Shown here: piece by piece, positions 1 through 9,107 of the stretch
Numbering within the stretch: position 1 is the first letter of the stretch
How the letters are laid out: the number at the start of each line of letters is the position of its first letter
Origin: a virus
Strand: one strand, 5' to 3'
Length of the DNA: 64,000 bases
Virus record (IMG/VR): IMGVR_UViG_3300036791_000400
Location: 2,650 to 66,649 of that record
Made by a program: the position numbers and the translations under genes
The notes under the pieces: generated by a model
The model's input: only the letters and a program-made list of their open reading frames with translations
Database searches by the model: none
What the model was told of the DNA's origin: nothing

Positions 1-1
1 G

Positions 2-322
2 ACCCAGCTGAAGGTCTACGGGTTCCAGATACCGCAGGACATGGTAGGCGGTGACGAGATCAACGTCGTCGGTTCGTTCGCCGACGGCTCGATCGTGTTC
101 CCGTTCGGCGAGGCGGTGGACCCGAAGAACCCGAACAAGGTCACCATCTTCGACACCAGCTGGACCAACACCGGCTTCGTGGACTGTGCGGGGCCGCCGT
201 GCACGATGAACCCACCCCCGCCACCCCCGCCGCCGCCACCCCCAGTGCCGGAGCCGGGGTCCCTAGCGCTCCTGGGAGCCGGTCTGGGCTTCCTGGGGTT
301 CCTGAGGCTGCGGCGGCGCTAA
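2..322 (+). CDS. PEP-CTERM sorting-domain protein, 5'-truncated by window edge
   Basis: Frame open from base 2; poly-Pro linker then VPEPGSLALLGAGLGFLGFLRLRRR (VPEP + TM helix + basic tail). Confidence 0.88.
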   Translation, partial: TQLKVYGFQIPQDMVGGDEINVVGSFADGSIVFPFGEAVDPKNPNKVTIFDTSWTNTGFVDCAGPPCTMNPPPPPPPPPPPVPEPGSLALLGAGLGFLGFLRLRRR

Positions 323-375
323 GACCGCTGTAGCGCCTTCCTGGGCCGATTGAGAGGCCGGTCTGGGAGACGAGG

Positions 376-408
376 CAGGGCGCCAGTGCCAGACTGGCGC
401 CCTGTTTC
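376..408 (+). terminator. Stem-loop, probable terminator
   Basis: CAGGGCGCCAGT-gccag-ACTGGCGCCCTG followed by TTTC; short U tract. Confidence 0.55.
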
Positions 409-414
409 ACTCAC

Positions 415-485
415 ACTACCTCGCGCCTGACGACGCTCGACCAACTACGGTAGTAAGTCTGGCGACCGCCGCAGGCGGCGCCGAA
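415..485. repeat. Modular hairpin/palindrome repeat element, copy 1
   Basis: 415-440 matches 1120-1145 at 23/26; 466-485 is the exact reverse complement of 55529-55548; contains ACTACGGTAGT at 444-454. Confidence 0.85.
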
Positions 486-487
486 GG

Positions 488-829
488 GTGAGAGGTGAGG
501 AACCCATGTCCGAGAACGTCTCAAAACTGGTCCCGCGTATCCCCCGGGTGACCCAGGCCCAGCTCGACGCGGCGGGCGCCAACACGATCGCCGAGCTGGC
601 GCTGCACCGCGCGCTCTACCAGGTCGAGGGCGGGCACCAGTCCGAGTTCAGGTCCATCGACCGGTTCCCGGTGCTCGTCGTGGCGTGGAACCGCTGCACC
701 GAGATCGAGCGCGCCCGGTTCGTCAGGCTGCTGGGTGACACGATCGAGGAATATCTGATCGAACGTAGCGAACAGGCCCGGCGCATCGCCAAGGGCGTCA
801 GCGTCCGGCGTACCCGGCCCACGTGCTAG
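488..829 (+). CDS. Hypothetical protein (likely start ATG 506)
   Basis: ORF with GAGGTGAGG SD before MSENV; overlaps next gene. Confidence 0.7.
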   Translation: MRGEEPMSENVSKLVPRIPRVTQAQLDAAGANTIAELALHRALYQVEGGHQSEFRSIDRFPVLVVAWNRCTEIERARFVRLLGDTIEEYLIERSEQARRIAKGVSVRRTRPTC

Positions 830-1020
830 ACTGGCTGTTCAGCTGGCAGCACCGGCTCCGGCGCAGGATCGACCTGGATATCCTGTGGCCGGAGTGCAAA
901 GCCAACGCCCCGGATATCACGCTCGCCAAGGTGGCGTTCGCCATGCACGCGTTTCATGACCGGGCGTGGCTGGTGCTCGGCGAGGATGAGATCAGGCGCC
1001 AGATCGACGAGCTTAAATGA
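823..1020 (+). CDS. Hypothetical protein
   Basis: 65-aa ORF overlapping both neighbours. Confidence 0.65.
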   Translation: MLDWLFSWQHRLRRRIDLDILWPECKANAPDITLAKVAFAMHAFHDRAWLVLGEDEIRRQIDELK

Positions 1021-1112
1021 GCACGTTCTGGTTCTGGGCCGGCCTCGCCGCCATGCTGTGGATCGTCAGCGCGATCGTACTGATCGTGCTGGTCCTGAAA
1101 TCAGATAGCTAG
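1017..1112 (+). CDS. 31-aa membrane peptide
   Basis: ATGA overlap; MSTFWFWAGLAAMLWIVSAIVLIVLVLKSDS read by hand. Confidence 0.5.
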   Translation: MSTFWFWAGLAAMLWIVSAIVLIVLVLKSDS

Positions 1113-1119
1113 GACCCAT

Positions 1120-1185
1120 ACTGCCTCGCGCCTGTCGGCGCTCGATCCTTTGATGGGTTCGAGCCGCGTGATGCGGCGAGGTAGT
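1120..1185. repeat. Four-way-junction (cloverleaf) element between convergent genes
   Basis: Stems 1120-1128/1177-1185, 1129-1140, 1141-1163, 1164-1176; halves repeated at 415-440 and 55995-56017. Confidence 0.75.
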
Positions 1186-2586
1186 TTAAGTCCAGGCGGC
1201 GCTCGTGAATTTCTTCACCACGGGCTTGGGCCGCATGCGGGCCAGCACCCGTGAGGTCACGTCAGCGTTCACCGCCAGCGCCATATACTGCCCCGCGTCG
1301 GCCACGTCCGACCAGGGGTGTAATTTCTCGGGCTTATCCTCCAGCTGGCCGTCGCGCTTCTTGCGGTAGCGGTACTGGCTCGCCAACGCTCGCACCAAAG
1401 TAGGACATCCTTGTCGCGAGATTTGGATGGCGGGTTCGCCGCCCGGAAACGCTGACAGCAGCTTCTCGAACGCGAGCAGCCTGGGCGGGATATCGTTGGT
1501 CACCGCCGGGTACGCGGCGAACCCGGCACTCTTGAGTACGTCGAACGCGTTCTCCTCGGCGAGCTGGGATTTATAGGCGCCCGCCGGGTCGCCGACCACG
1601 AACGAGCGCTTGCCCAGATAGGGCTCGACGAACAGCCGGGGCTTGAGCTGCTCGTTCACGAACTGACGCAAACCCATGTCCTCGGAAGTGACCTCCTCGA
1701 ACACCAGCAGGCGCCCCAGGAAGTCCACCTGACCGATGAGCGCGCAGGGCGTGCGGCCGAAATCCATGCCGATCATGACTGGTCTATGCGGGTTGATCAC
1801 CGTGACCATGTCGCGCACATGCACATCAGGGCGGAACGAAGACCTGAATACCGCCTGGCCCGCGTTCGAGGTTCCCCACTCAGACCTGATCTGGGTGGCG
1901 ATCCGGTCCTCGGACGCGCCCGACATCGCGTTTTCGTAGTAGTTCGCGGGCAGGTTTTCCAGGTTTTCGGCGTAGGGTGAGAGCCCGCTGGGTTGCTGGA
2001 AGATTTCCCAGCCGGGCACCGGGTTCAGTATAAAATGCTCGTAGTAGGGGCTGTCCGTGGTGCCCGGGTTGCTGTCCGCGATCAGCCCGTGCCAGGTGGG
2101 TCCGCCGTTGATCTTGGATGGGTACCGCCCGATGCGCTCCATCAGGCCGGAGACCACCTCGTATTCGATCTCGCGCAGCTCGTTTAACCAAGCTCCCGTC
2201 AACTGCATAGACAGCAATCTTCGTATGTCTTCTCTGGTCTCTAAGGGTATCATGATCCAGTCCGAGTTAATTGTAGTATTATCCTCCAGGGGCGCCCTGA
2301 CCTGGATCGTGGCATCGGTCACGAAATAGCGCACCATGGGATTGAGGTACTGCTGCACGTCCGGCAATACCGTGGTGCGCAGCTGTGCCAGCGTGTTGCG
2401 TACCAGAGCAAACCGGGTATTACGCACACCATTGCTGTCAGGACGCTGCTGGCGGGCGCGGCGCAGGAGTTCCATGATCATGCCCATGGACTTGCCCGAG
2501 CCCACCGGACCGGTAATAAACCTGAACCGCGCGTCCGAGAGCATGAAGCGTTCCACCGTGGGCGGTGGCTGATAAATCAAGCTCAT
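1186..2586 (-). CDS. terL: Terminase large subunit
   Basis: Walker A GPVGSGKS, Walker B-like AWLNE, SNP motif, RNase H-like GMDFG and C-terminal SDVADA. Confidence 0.93.
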   Translation of the reverse strand: MSLIYQPPPTVERFMLSDARFRFITGPVGSGKSMGMIMELLRRARQQRPDSNGVRNTRFALVRNTLAQLRTTVLPDVQQYLNPMVRYFVTDATIQVRAPLEDNTTINSDWIMIPLETREDIRRLLSMQLTGAWLNELREIEYEVVSGLMERIGRYPSKINGGPTWHGLIADSNPGTTDSPYYEHFILNPVPGWEIFQQPSGLSPYAENLENLPANYYENAMSGASEDRIATQIRSEWGTSNAGQAVFRSSFRPDVHVRDMVTVINPHRPVMIGMDFGRTPCALIGQVDFLGRLLVFEEVTSEDMGLRQFVNEQLKPRLFVEPYLGKRSFVVGDPAGAYKSQLAEENAFDVLKSAGFAAYPAVTNDIPPRLLAFEKLLSAFPGGEPAIQISRQGCPTLVRALASQYRYRKKRDGQLEDKPEKLHPWSDVADAGQYMALAVNADVTSRVLARMRPKPVVKKFTSAAWT

Positions 2587-2891
2587 CAGGCGCGGTCGTT
2601 CGGTGGATCAAAGATCGCACCGCCGGGTGCCTGATCCCAGCTGGCGAACACCTTGTAGCTGAGCAAACCCACCGCAGCACATAACTTGGCCGCCTCCGAG
2701 GTGCCAATCTCCCAGCCGGTGTTGGTGAACCCGCCACCGTCCACGTAGGCATAGGCGAAGCCCACGACTTCGCCGCGTTCTGCACGCCCCAGTAACACCC
2801 GCAGTTCGGTTACCACGTTCTCGATGGGTGCGCCGTTGAGATCAGCCACGCGACCTAACGCATATACATTATTTTCCCGTTCCTCCTTCAT
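2586..2891 (-). CDS. Hypothetical protein
   Basis: 101-aa ORF coupled to both terminase genes. Confidence 0.7.
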   Translation of the reverse strand: MKEERENNVYALGRVADLNGAPIENVVTELRVLLGRAERGEVVGFAYAYVDGGGFTNTGWEIGTSEAAKLCAAVGLLSYKVFASWDQAPGGAIFDPPNDRA

Positions 2892-3472
2892 TGCTCCTCC
2901 CCTTCAATGGTTGGCACGGTGGAGAAGTTCTCCACTGTGCCGGTGGATGCAAAAACGATCTGGACTGAGAACTTGTTGGCGGCTCCACCCATGGGTACAC
3001 CATCGCGACCTACCGCTGGCAAGCCGTCCACGCCCGCGATGCGCGCATGGTGCTTGAGCGCTTCCAGTTGCTGCGGTTTGGCGCCCTCGTCCAGCATGAT
3101 ACGCGCGGTGACCGGGATCGCGTTCTCCAGCGCGTGCCCCGCCAGTGTACGCAACCGCACCTGGAGGTTCTCGTTGGACTGAAAATTCGCCCGGAGTTCT
3201 TTGATCCGCCGGCGTATCTCCGGATGGGTCTTGAGGAAGTCCGTCATTACCCAGCCGTTCTCGAACCCGTAGCGGGTCGCGATGGTTTCATAGTCGTGTA
3301 TGTTCTGTGCCACGTCGACCATGAAGTTCCACAGTGCCAGCGAGGTAAGCTCGGGCACCTGTGCGAACACGGGTGTGGCGTCTACCAGGGCGTTGATCAC
3401 TTCCTCAGTCTCGGGCTCTTCGAAGCCCTCGTCACTCGTGGTGAGATCGCTCTGGGCCATGGTATGCGCCAT
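2888..3472 (-). CDS. Probable terminase small subunit
   Basis: Position upstream of terL, helical 194-aa protein ending in a beta-strand-like FSVQIVF. Confidence 0.55.
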   Translation of the reverse strand: MAHTMAQSDLTTSDEGFEEPETEEVINALVDATPVFAQVPELTSLALWNFMVDVAQNIHDYETIATRYGFENGWVMTDFLKTHPEIRRRIKELRANFQSNENLQVRLRTLAGHALENAIPVTARIMLDEGAKPQQLEALKHHARIAGVDGLPAVGRDGVPMGGAANKFSVQIVFASTGTVENFSTVPTIEGEEQ

Positions 3473-3476
3473 AAGG

Positions 3477-3522
3477 TTGCGTGTTCAGGGGGTTATACGC
3501 TAGATGTGTTCCCTACGGTAGT
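3477..3522 (+). promoter_or_regulatory. Candidate late promoter with palindromic site
   Basis: TTGCGT (3477) and TAGATG (3501) in the divergent junction, followed by CCTACGGTAGT at 3512-3522. Confidence 0.35.
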
Positions 3523-5766
3523 GAACCACAGGGGGGCAACCGGCCGTTGCCACTGGCGCAAGCAGGACTATCGGTCTCCACCCCACCCGCACAATCACGT
3601 GCCTCGGGGGGCTTCCTGCGCGTGGTGTCGCCGGCCCAGCTGGACGATCAGGACCGGGCCAATCTGGCCCGCCGTTCGGCGGCCGCCCGGCCCGAACCCG
3701 AGCAGGAAGATATCGGCGCGTTCATCCGCCAGCAGTGGTACATCTTCAGGAACCACCGCAACCTGGGCAACAACCCGCTGAACCAGCGCCTGCTGCGTTC
3801 GCAGCGCATGTTCGATGGCAAATACGACCCGGAGAAACTCGCCCAGATCAACGCGTTCGGCGGCTCCGAGGTATACTCGCGCCTGGTCGCGATCAAGTGC
3901 CGGGGTGCTACCAGCCTGATGCGCGACGTGTACCTCGGCCCGGACCGGCCGTGGGACATCGAGCCTCAGCCGGACCCGCCCATTCCACCCGAAATCCAGG
4001 CGAACATCGTCACACTCGTGTCCACCGAGATGCAGACCATGCAGGCCGCCGGCCAGCCGGTCACCTCGGATCAGGCACACATGCGCTACATCAGCCTGCT
4101 GCACGGAGCGCAGCAGGCGGCCAGACGCAATGCCATGATGCAGGCCGAGGCGGCGGCTGACAAGATCGATGACATCCTCCAGGCGGGTTTGTTCTACGAC
4201 GCGCTGGGGGAGTTCCTGCTCGATCTGCCGCTGTTCCCCTACGCGGTGCTCAAGGGGCCGGTGGTGCGCATGGTGCCCAAGCTGAGCTGGGTGCAGGGCA
4301 AGCCCAGCCTGCTCAACAAGCCGCAGATGTTCTGGGAGCGGGTGAACCCGTTCCAGATTTACTGGTCACCCGGTGCGTCGCGCATCGAGGACGCGGATGT
4401 CATCGAGCGCAAGCGCTACACGCGTTCCGATCTCAACGACCTGATCGGGTTACCCGGTTATGACGAACAGGCGGTGCGCAATGCGCTGGAGGATTACGGC
4501 CGGGGCCTGCGCGAGTGGCTGGACGCGCCCGATCCCGAGCAGGCGATCAACGAGGGTCGCGAGGACCCGTCGCTCAACCGCTCCCAGTACATCGAAGGGA
4601 TCGAGTATCACGGGCGCCTCCAGGGGAGTTTATTGCTCGACCAGGGCGTCAATAAGAAACTTGTTCCCGATCCGGACCGGGATTACCAGGTGCAGTCCTG
4701 GGTGGTGGGGCGCTGGACCCTGAAGACCCAGATCAACCCGAGCCCGCGCCAGCGCCACCCATACTTCCTCACTTCGTTCGAAAAAATACCTGGGACTGTG
4801 GCAGGGCATGCCCTGCCCGATTTGTTAGAGGACATCCAGGAAGTTGCAAATGCAACTTTGCGCAGCATGGTGAACAACTTATCGATCAGCTCGGGACCTC
4901 AGGTAGTTGTCAACGACGAGATGGTCTCGTCGACCGAGAACGGCGATGAATTATACCCGTGGAAACGTTGGCACGTGCAGGGCGATCCCTTAGGTAATCA
5001 ACGCGAGCCGATCACGTTCTTCCAGCCCCAGAGCAACGCGCAGGAATTACTCCAGGTCTATCAGGCCATGAACGTCATGGCAGATGAGATCAGTGCTATT
5101 CCCAGGTATTTGACGGGCGAAAGTTTGTCTGGCGGCGCGGGACGCACCGCATCGGGCCTGAGCATGCTGATGTCCAACGCCTCGAAGGTGCTCCAGACCG
5201 TGGCCGCGAACGTGGACGGCGACGTGCTGGACCCGTTACTTAGTCATCTTTACGAAATGATCATGCTGACCGACACCTCGGGGATACTTACCGGCGAGGA
5301 ACAGGTCACCGTCAAGGGCTCCTCGGTGGCGATCCAGAAAGAGAACGCCCGCACCAAGCAATTACAGTTCCTTCAGATCACCGCCAACCCGATCGACGCA
5401 CCCATTATCGGCGAGATGGGTCGCGCCCGGGTATTACGCGCCGTGGCGCAGGGCCTGGACCTGCCCGACGACGTGGTGCCCGACGATCAGACGCTGCAAT
5501 CTCAAATCCAGGCACAGAAAGAAGCCCAGCAGGCATCGCAGGCGGTACTCGCCCACGCCCAGGCCCACGGCGCGGCACCCGGACATCCCGGTTCCGGCCC
5601 GCCCGGGCAGTCACCCGGCGGTGGGGCCAAGCCGCCGGGTGGCGCCGGTTCACCACCCGGCCCGCAGGCGCAGGGCAGTCCGGGACCTTCGCCCGGTGCC
5701 GGCGGTGTCGCCTCCAACACACCACCCGTGAACAACTTCCAGCAGGGGATATCAACCAATGGCTAG
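3481..5766 (+). CDS. Portal protein (true start probably near TTG 3547)
   Basis: Size and position before scaffold/capsid; podovirus portal-like motifs (DIQEVANA..R..VNN..ISSGPQ; RTASGLSMLM); Gly/Pro tail. Confidence 0.88.
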   Translation: MFRGLYARCVPYGSEPQGGNRPLPLAQAGLSVSTPPAQSRASGGFLRVVSPAQLDDQDRANLARRSAAARPEPEQEDIGAFIRQQWYIFRNHRNLGNNPLNQRLLRSQRMFDGKYDPEKLAQINAFGGSEVYSRLVAIKCRGATSLMRDVYLGPDRPWDIEPQPDPPIPPEIQANIVTLVSTEMQTMQAAGQPVTSDQAHMRYISLLHGAQQAARRNAMMQAEAAADKIDDILQAGLFYDALGEFLLDLPLFPYAVLKGPVVRMVPKLSWVQGKPSLLNKPQMFWERVNPFQIYWSPGASRIEDADVIERKRYTRSDLNDLIGLPGYDEQAVRNALEDYGRGLREWLDAPDPEQAINEGREDPSLNRSQYIEGIEYHGRLQGSLLLDQGVNKKLVPDPDRDYQVQSWVVGRWTLKTQINPSPRQRHPYFLTSFEKIPGTVAGHALPDLLEDIQEVANATLRSMVNNLSISSGPQVVVNDEMVSSTENGDELYPWKRWHVQGDPLGNQREPITFFQPQSNAQELLQVYQAMNVMADEISAIPRYLTGESLSGGAGRTASGLSMLMSNASKVLQTVAANVDGDVLDPLLSHLYEMIMLTDTSGILTGEEQVTVKGSSVAIQKENARTKQLQFLQITANPIDAPIIGEMGRARVLRAVAQGLDLPDDVVPDDQTLQSQIQAQKEAQQASQAVLAHAQAHGAAPGHPGSGPPGQSPGGGAKPPGGAGSPPGPQAQGSPGPSPGAGGVASNTPPVNNFQQGISTNG

Positions 5767-5986
5767 CGACGATCAGGACTACGGCAAGAAGGGCGACACC
5801 AAGCACATGGGCACCGAGAAGCTGGAGATGATCTCGGCCGGCGGCTCGGGGTCCAGCGGCGGCACCGGCCCCACCGGTTCCAAGCGCGACTATCCCAAGG
5901 GCAAAGGGGTCAAGCACGACACTGACTGGAACCCGCAGAAGATGCCGGCGAGCACCTACGGCATCAACGGCGTGAAGTGTGATTAG
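5759..5986 (+). CDS. Small Gly/Lys-rich protein
   Basis: Overlaps portal stop, AGGGG SD. Confidence 0.7.
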   Translation: MASDDQDYGKKGDTKHMGTEKLEMISAGGSGSSGGTGPTGSKRDYPKGKGVKHDTDWNPQKMPASTYGINGVKCD

Positions 5987-6009
5987 TTCACTACCGTAGG
6001 GAATATTCC

Positions 6010-6405
6010 ATGGCGATCACACCGATGCCCGGCGTGGGCGGCACTCTGTTCGGCGCCGGTGGCGGCATGCCAGCGCCGCAGGCGCCGGGCGGCGTGGCGG
6101 GTCCCGCCGGCGGCAAGAACCACACCATCCAGAACCTGGAGAGCCCGCACTCGGGGCTGCGTTCGACCATCACCAAGGGCGACCCGATGAGCCGGCTGAT
6201 GGGCCAGTACGGCAAGGGTCACAGCCTGATGGGCGGTGGCGGCGCGATGGGTGGCCCGTCCAGGGCGCCGTCCGGGCTGGGCCAGCTGCGCGGCGGCGGG
6301 GGCGTGATGAAGCGCAATATCCGCCAGGGTGGTCTGGGGCCGGGCAAGATGTCCACGCCCGGGGGCTCTGGCGATTACTCGATGACTTCGTCGGACCTCT
6401 CATGA
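6010..6405 (+). CDS. Gly/Met-rich low-complexity protein
   Basis: ORF in operon, ATGA overlap with next gene. Confidence 0.7.
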   Translation: MAITPMPGVGGTLFGAGGGMPAPQAPGGVAGPAGGKNHTIQNLESPHSGLRSTITKGDPMSRLMGQYGKGHSLMGGGGAMGGPSRAPSGLGQLRGGGGVMKRNIRQGGLGPGKMSTPGGSGDYSMTSSDLS

Positions 6406-6686
6406 GCGTCAACATCGGCACCGCAGGCGTCGAGGCGGCGCAGGAGCTGCGCGGCAACCGCGACTTCGAGCGGCTGCTGGAGGCGCTGGAGGTCGTGGTG
6501 GAGAAGTTCCATCTGTCCGCGATCGACAGTCCGCCGGAGTTCCGGGTCGATCAGACCGCGTATGCGCGCGGCATGATCGATCTGTGGCAGGCGCTGCGTG
6601 CCGCGCATGACGGCACCAAGCCTAACCTGGTGAAGCCGTCGGTGCGCAAGGCCACCGCTGCGGGCGAGGCGCGCGTCAATGGCTGA
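6402..6686 (+). CDS. Conserved-type small head-module protein
   Basis: 94-aa helical ORF directly before the scaffold gene. Confidence 0.75.
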   Translation: MSVNIGTAGVEAAQELRGNRDFERLLEALEVVVEKFHLSAIDSPPEFRVDQTAYARGMIDLWQALRAAHDGTKPNLVKPSVRKATAAGEARVNG

Positions 6687-7725
6687 CGATCAGTCCAACG
6701 TCGCGTTCGCGCCGCACATCCCCGAGGCGGTGCGCCGGGCCGCCGCCGAGGCTGACCGGCTGGCCCGCGAGGCCAACATTGCCAACGTCGACGCTGGCGG
6801 CCCTGAGGAGGGCGCACAGCCGGGGGATAACTCTGGGGGTGGTGAACCACCTGCCGAGCCGCAGACCCCGGTACCGCCGCTCCAGGAGCCGATCCAGCTG
6901 CCGGTTGAGCCGCCGGCGCCGCCGGTGGACGAGTGGCAGCAGCGCTACGCCACGCTCCAGGGCAAGTACAACACCGAGGTGCCCGAACTGCGGGGCCAGA
7001 TCGCGTCGCTGCGTGACCTGATCGCCACCATGCAGCAGGCCCCCAAACGCGAGCCCGAGCCGACGGTCCGGCCACCGCCGAACCATGAGACGATCCCGCC
7101 GGAGGATGTCGAAGCCTACGGCCAGGACCTGATCACCGCCGCCCAGCGCTGGGCCGAGGCGCGGGTGCGCCCCATGCTCAACGACATCGAGCGCCGCCTG
7201 GTGTCGGTCGAGGGTGGCACCCAGCGGATCGAGACCCGCAGCGCGACGCAGAACGTCGAGACCGCACTGGACCGTTCCATCGAGGGCTGGCGCGAGATCA
7301 ACGTCGATCCGAATTTCATCGGCTGGCTCGGCCAGCCGGACCCGTTCAGTGGCATCTCCCGCAAGGAGCTGATCACTAACGCCCACGTGTCGGGCGATGC
7401 CGCCCGCACGATTGCTTTCTTCCGAGCGTACATCAACGAGCACACCACGGTGAGCCAGCCTCAGCCGGGGATACAGCCACCCCAGACGCCAACCATACCA
7501 GGTGGCGCGGAGCGGCTACCCCTCGCGGACCTGGCGGTACCAGGGCGCGGCCAGACCGCCCCCCTGACACCGGGCGCTCCCGAGCGACGCATCTGGACGA
7601 CGGCGCAGATCGCAGCGTTCTACCGCGAAAAGCAGCGTGGTCTCTGGATCAACCGGGAAGCGGAAGCCGACCGGATCGAACGGGACATTGTCGCTGCCGG
7701 AACGGAGGGACGCGTTCGTCAATGA
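6679..7725 (+). CDS. Capsid scaffolding protein
   Basis: Acidic/Pro-rich N-terminus, coiled coil WQQRYATLQGKYN, ends EGRVRQ; directly before capsid gene. Confidence 0.8.
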   Translation: MADDQSNVAFAPHIPEAVRRAAAEADRLAREANIANVDAGGPEEGAQPGDNSGGGEPPAEPQTPVPPLQEPIQLPVEPPAPPVDEWQQRYATLQGKYNTEVPELRGQIASLRDLIATMQQAPKREPEPTVRPPPNHETIPPEDVEAYGQDLITAAQRWAEARVRPMLNDIERRLVSVEGGTQRIETRSATQNVETALDRSIEGWREINVDPNFIGWLGQPDPFSGISRKELITNAHVSGDAARTIAFFRAYINEHTTVSQPQPGIQPPQTPTIPGGAERLPLADLAVPGRGQTAPLTPGAPERRIWTTAQIAAFYREKQRGLWINREAEADRIERDIVAAGTEGRVRQ

Positions 7726-7747
7726 CGCATCCTAACGGAGCAATGAC

Positions 7748-8686
7748 ATGGCTATCACTCCCGGTACACCATGGGCCGGATCAACCCCGGCCCCGCCGTA
7801 TTCCGGCACGTTCATCCCTCAAATCTGGTCCGGAAAGCTGATCGAGAAGTTCTACGCCGCGACGGTCCTCTCGGCGATCGCCAACACCGACTACCAGGGC
7901 GAGATCAAGAACCAGGGCGACACGGTCATCATCCGGACCAAGCCGACCATCACGATCCATGACTACACCACCGACCAGGACCTGCTGATCGAGCGCCCGT
8001 CCAGCAACGTGGTGGACTTCCCGATCAGCTTCGCTAAGTACTTCAACGAAGCCCTCGACGACGTGATGGAGCTGCAAGCCGACATCAACATGCTCAGCAT
8101 GTGGGCTGACGATGCCGCCGAGCAGATGAAGATCACGATCGATACCAGTTGCCTCAGCCTGATCGACCCTGGCGTCGTGGCCGTCAATAAGGGGAACACC
8201 GCCGGGAAAATCTCCGGCAACATCGTGCTCGGCGCTACCGGCTCACCGGTGGCGCTCACGCCGCTGAACATCCTCGACAGCATCGTTGATCTGGGTACCG
8301 TGCTCGACGAGCAGAACATCCCGGAGACCGGACGCTGGCTGGTGATCCCACCGTGGGTGGCGGCGCGGATCAAGAAGTCCGATCTGCGCAACGCGTCCAT
8401 CTCGGGTGATGGCGTGTCGCTGATGCGCAACGGGCGGCTCGGTATGATCGACCGGTTCACGATGTATTCGTCGAACCTGCTGCCGACCGCGACCGAGGGG
8501 TCCTCGACCGCGTTCCGCATCTTCGCGGGGCACCCGCACGGGGCCACCTTCGCCAGCCAGATCACCAAGATGGAGACCATGCGCTCGGAGCGTTCGTTCA
8601 GCACCTTGCTGCGCGGGCTCCAGGTGTATGGTTTCATGATCCTGGACGGCATCGCGATCACCGAACTCTATGCGATTGCCGGCTAG
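7748..8686 (+). CDS. Major capsid protein (HK97 fold)
   Basis: FIPQIWSGKL, DYQGEIKNQGDTVII, PETGRWLV, RGLQVYG motifs; followed by a terminator. Confidence 0.92.
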   Translation: MAITPGTPWAGSTPAPPYSGTFIPQIWSGKLIEKFYAATVLSAIANTDYQGEIKNQGDTVIIRTKPTITIHDYTTDQDLLIERPSSNVVDFPISFAKYFNEALDDVMELQADINMLSMWADDAAEQMKITIDTSCLSLIDPGVVAVNKGNTAGKISGNIVLGATGSPVALTPLNILDSIVDLGTVLDEQNIPETGRWLVIPPWVAARIKKSDLRNASISGDGVSLMRNGRLGMIDRFTMYSSNLLPTATEGSSTAFRIFAGHPHGATFASQITKMETMRSERSFSTLLRGLQVYGFMILDGIAITELYAIAG

Positions 8687-8706
8687 TTCACTACCGTAGT
8701 GAAGCG

Positions 8707-8730
8707 CGCCGGTAACGCCCGGCGTGTTTT
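8707..8730 (+). terminator. Rho-independent terminator after capsid gene
   Basis: CGCCGG-taacgc-CCGGCG then TGTTTT; preceded by 17-bp palindrome TTCACTACCGTAGTGAA (8687-8703). Confidence 0.6.
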
Positions 8731-8742
8731 CAGGAGGACACC

Positions 8743-8901
8743 ATGGCCCGCAAGTTCGAGGGCTCCCCCAAGGACCTCCGTCAGGACGCCAAGGGTGCCA
8801 GGAAGCTTGGCATCTCGGCCAAAGCATACGAACGTACCGCGCGCGACAAGGCCGAGGACCGCGCCGGGCAGAAAATCATGCAACGAAAGGGTAAGCGCTG
8901 A
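8743..8901 (+). CDS. 52-aa basic protein
   Basis: AGGAGG SD; MARKFEGSPKDLRQDAKGARKLG...KGKR read by hand; TGATG overlap. Confidence 0.7.
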   Translation: MARKFEGSPKDLRQDAKGARKLGISAKAYERTARDKAEDRAGQKIMQRKGKR

Positions 8902-9107
8902 TGGCCAGACCACCGCCTGCGTTCATGAGTGGCGCGAAGAAGAAAGCCGCTGCGCCGCCACGCCGACCTGCTGCGCCACCACCCGGCCCACCCGGTCCAG
9001 CAGCGGCACCTCCGGGTCCGCCTGGGCCGGGTGGCGGGGGTTTGCCCACCGGCGGTATGGGTGGCTTCCGCAAGGGCGGCAAGGTGGGGGGTAAGAAGCG
9101 CAAGTGA
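8901..9107 (+). CDS. Small Pro/Gly/Lys-rich protein
   Basis: Coupled ORF; ends GFRKGGKVGGKKRK. Confidence 0.65.
   Translation: MARPPPAFMSGAKKKAAAPPRRPAAPPPGPPGPAAAPPGPPGPGGGGLPTGGMGGFRKGGKVGGKKRK

Noticed and set aside
212-245. C-rich tandem repeat as a contingency locus
   Set aside because: Encodes a poly-proline linker with mixed CCN codons, not a pure slippage tract
1120-1185. tRNA gene
   Set aside because: Cloverleaf-like but only 66 nt, with no D-loop GG, T-loop in the right arm, 7-nt anticodon loop or CCA
8901-9107. Collagen-like protein
   Set aside because: GPP triplets run for only two or three units, too short for a triple helix
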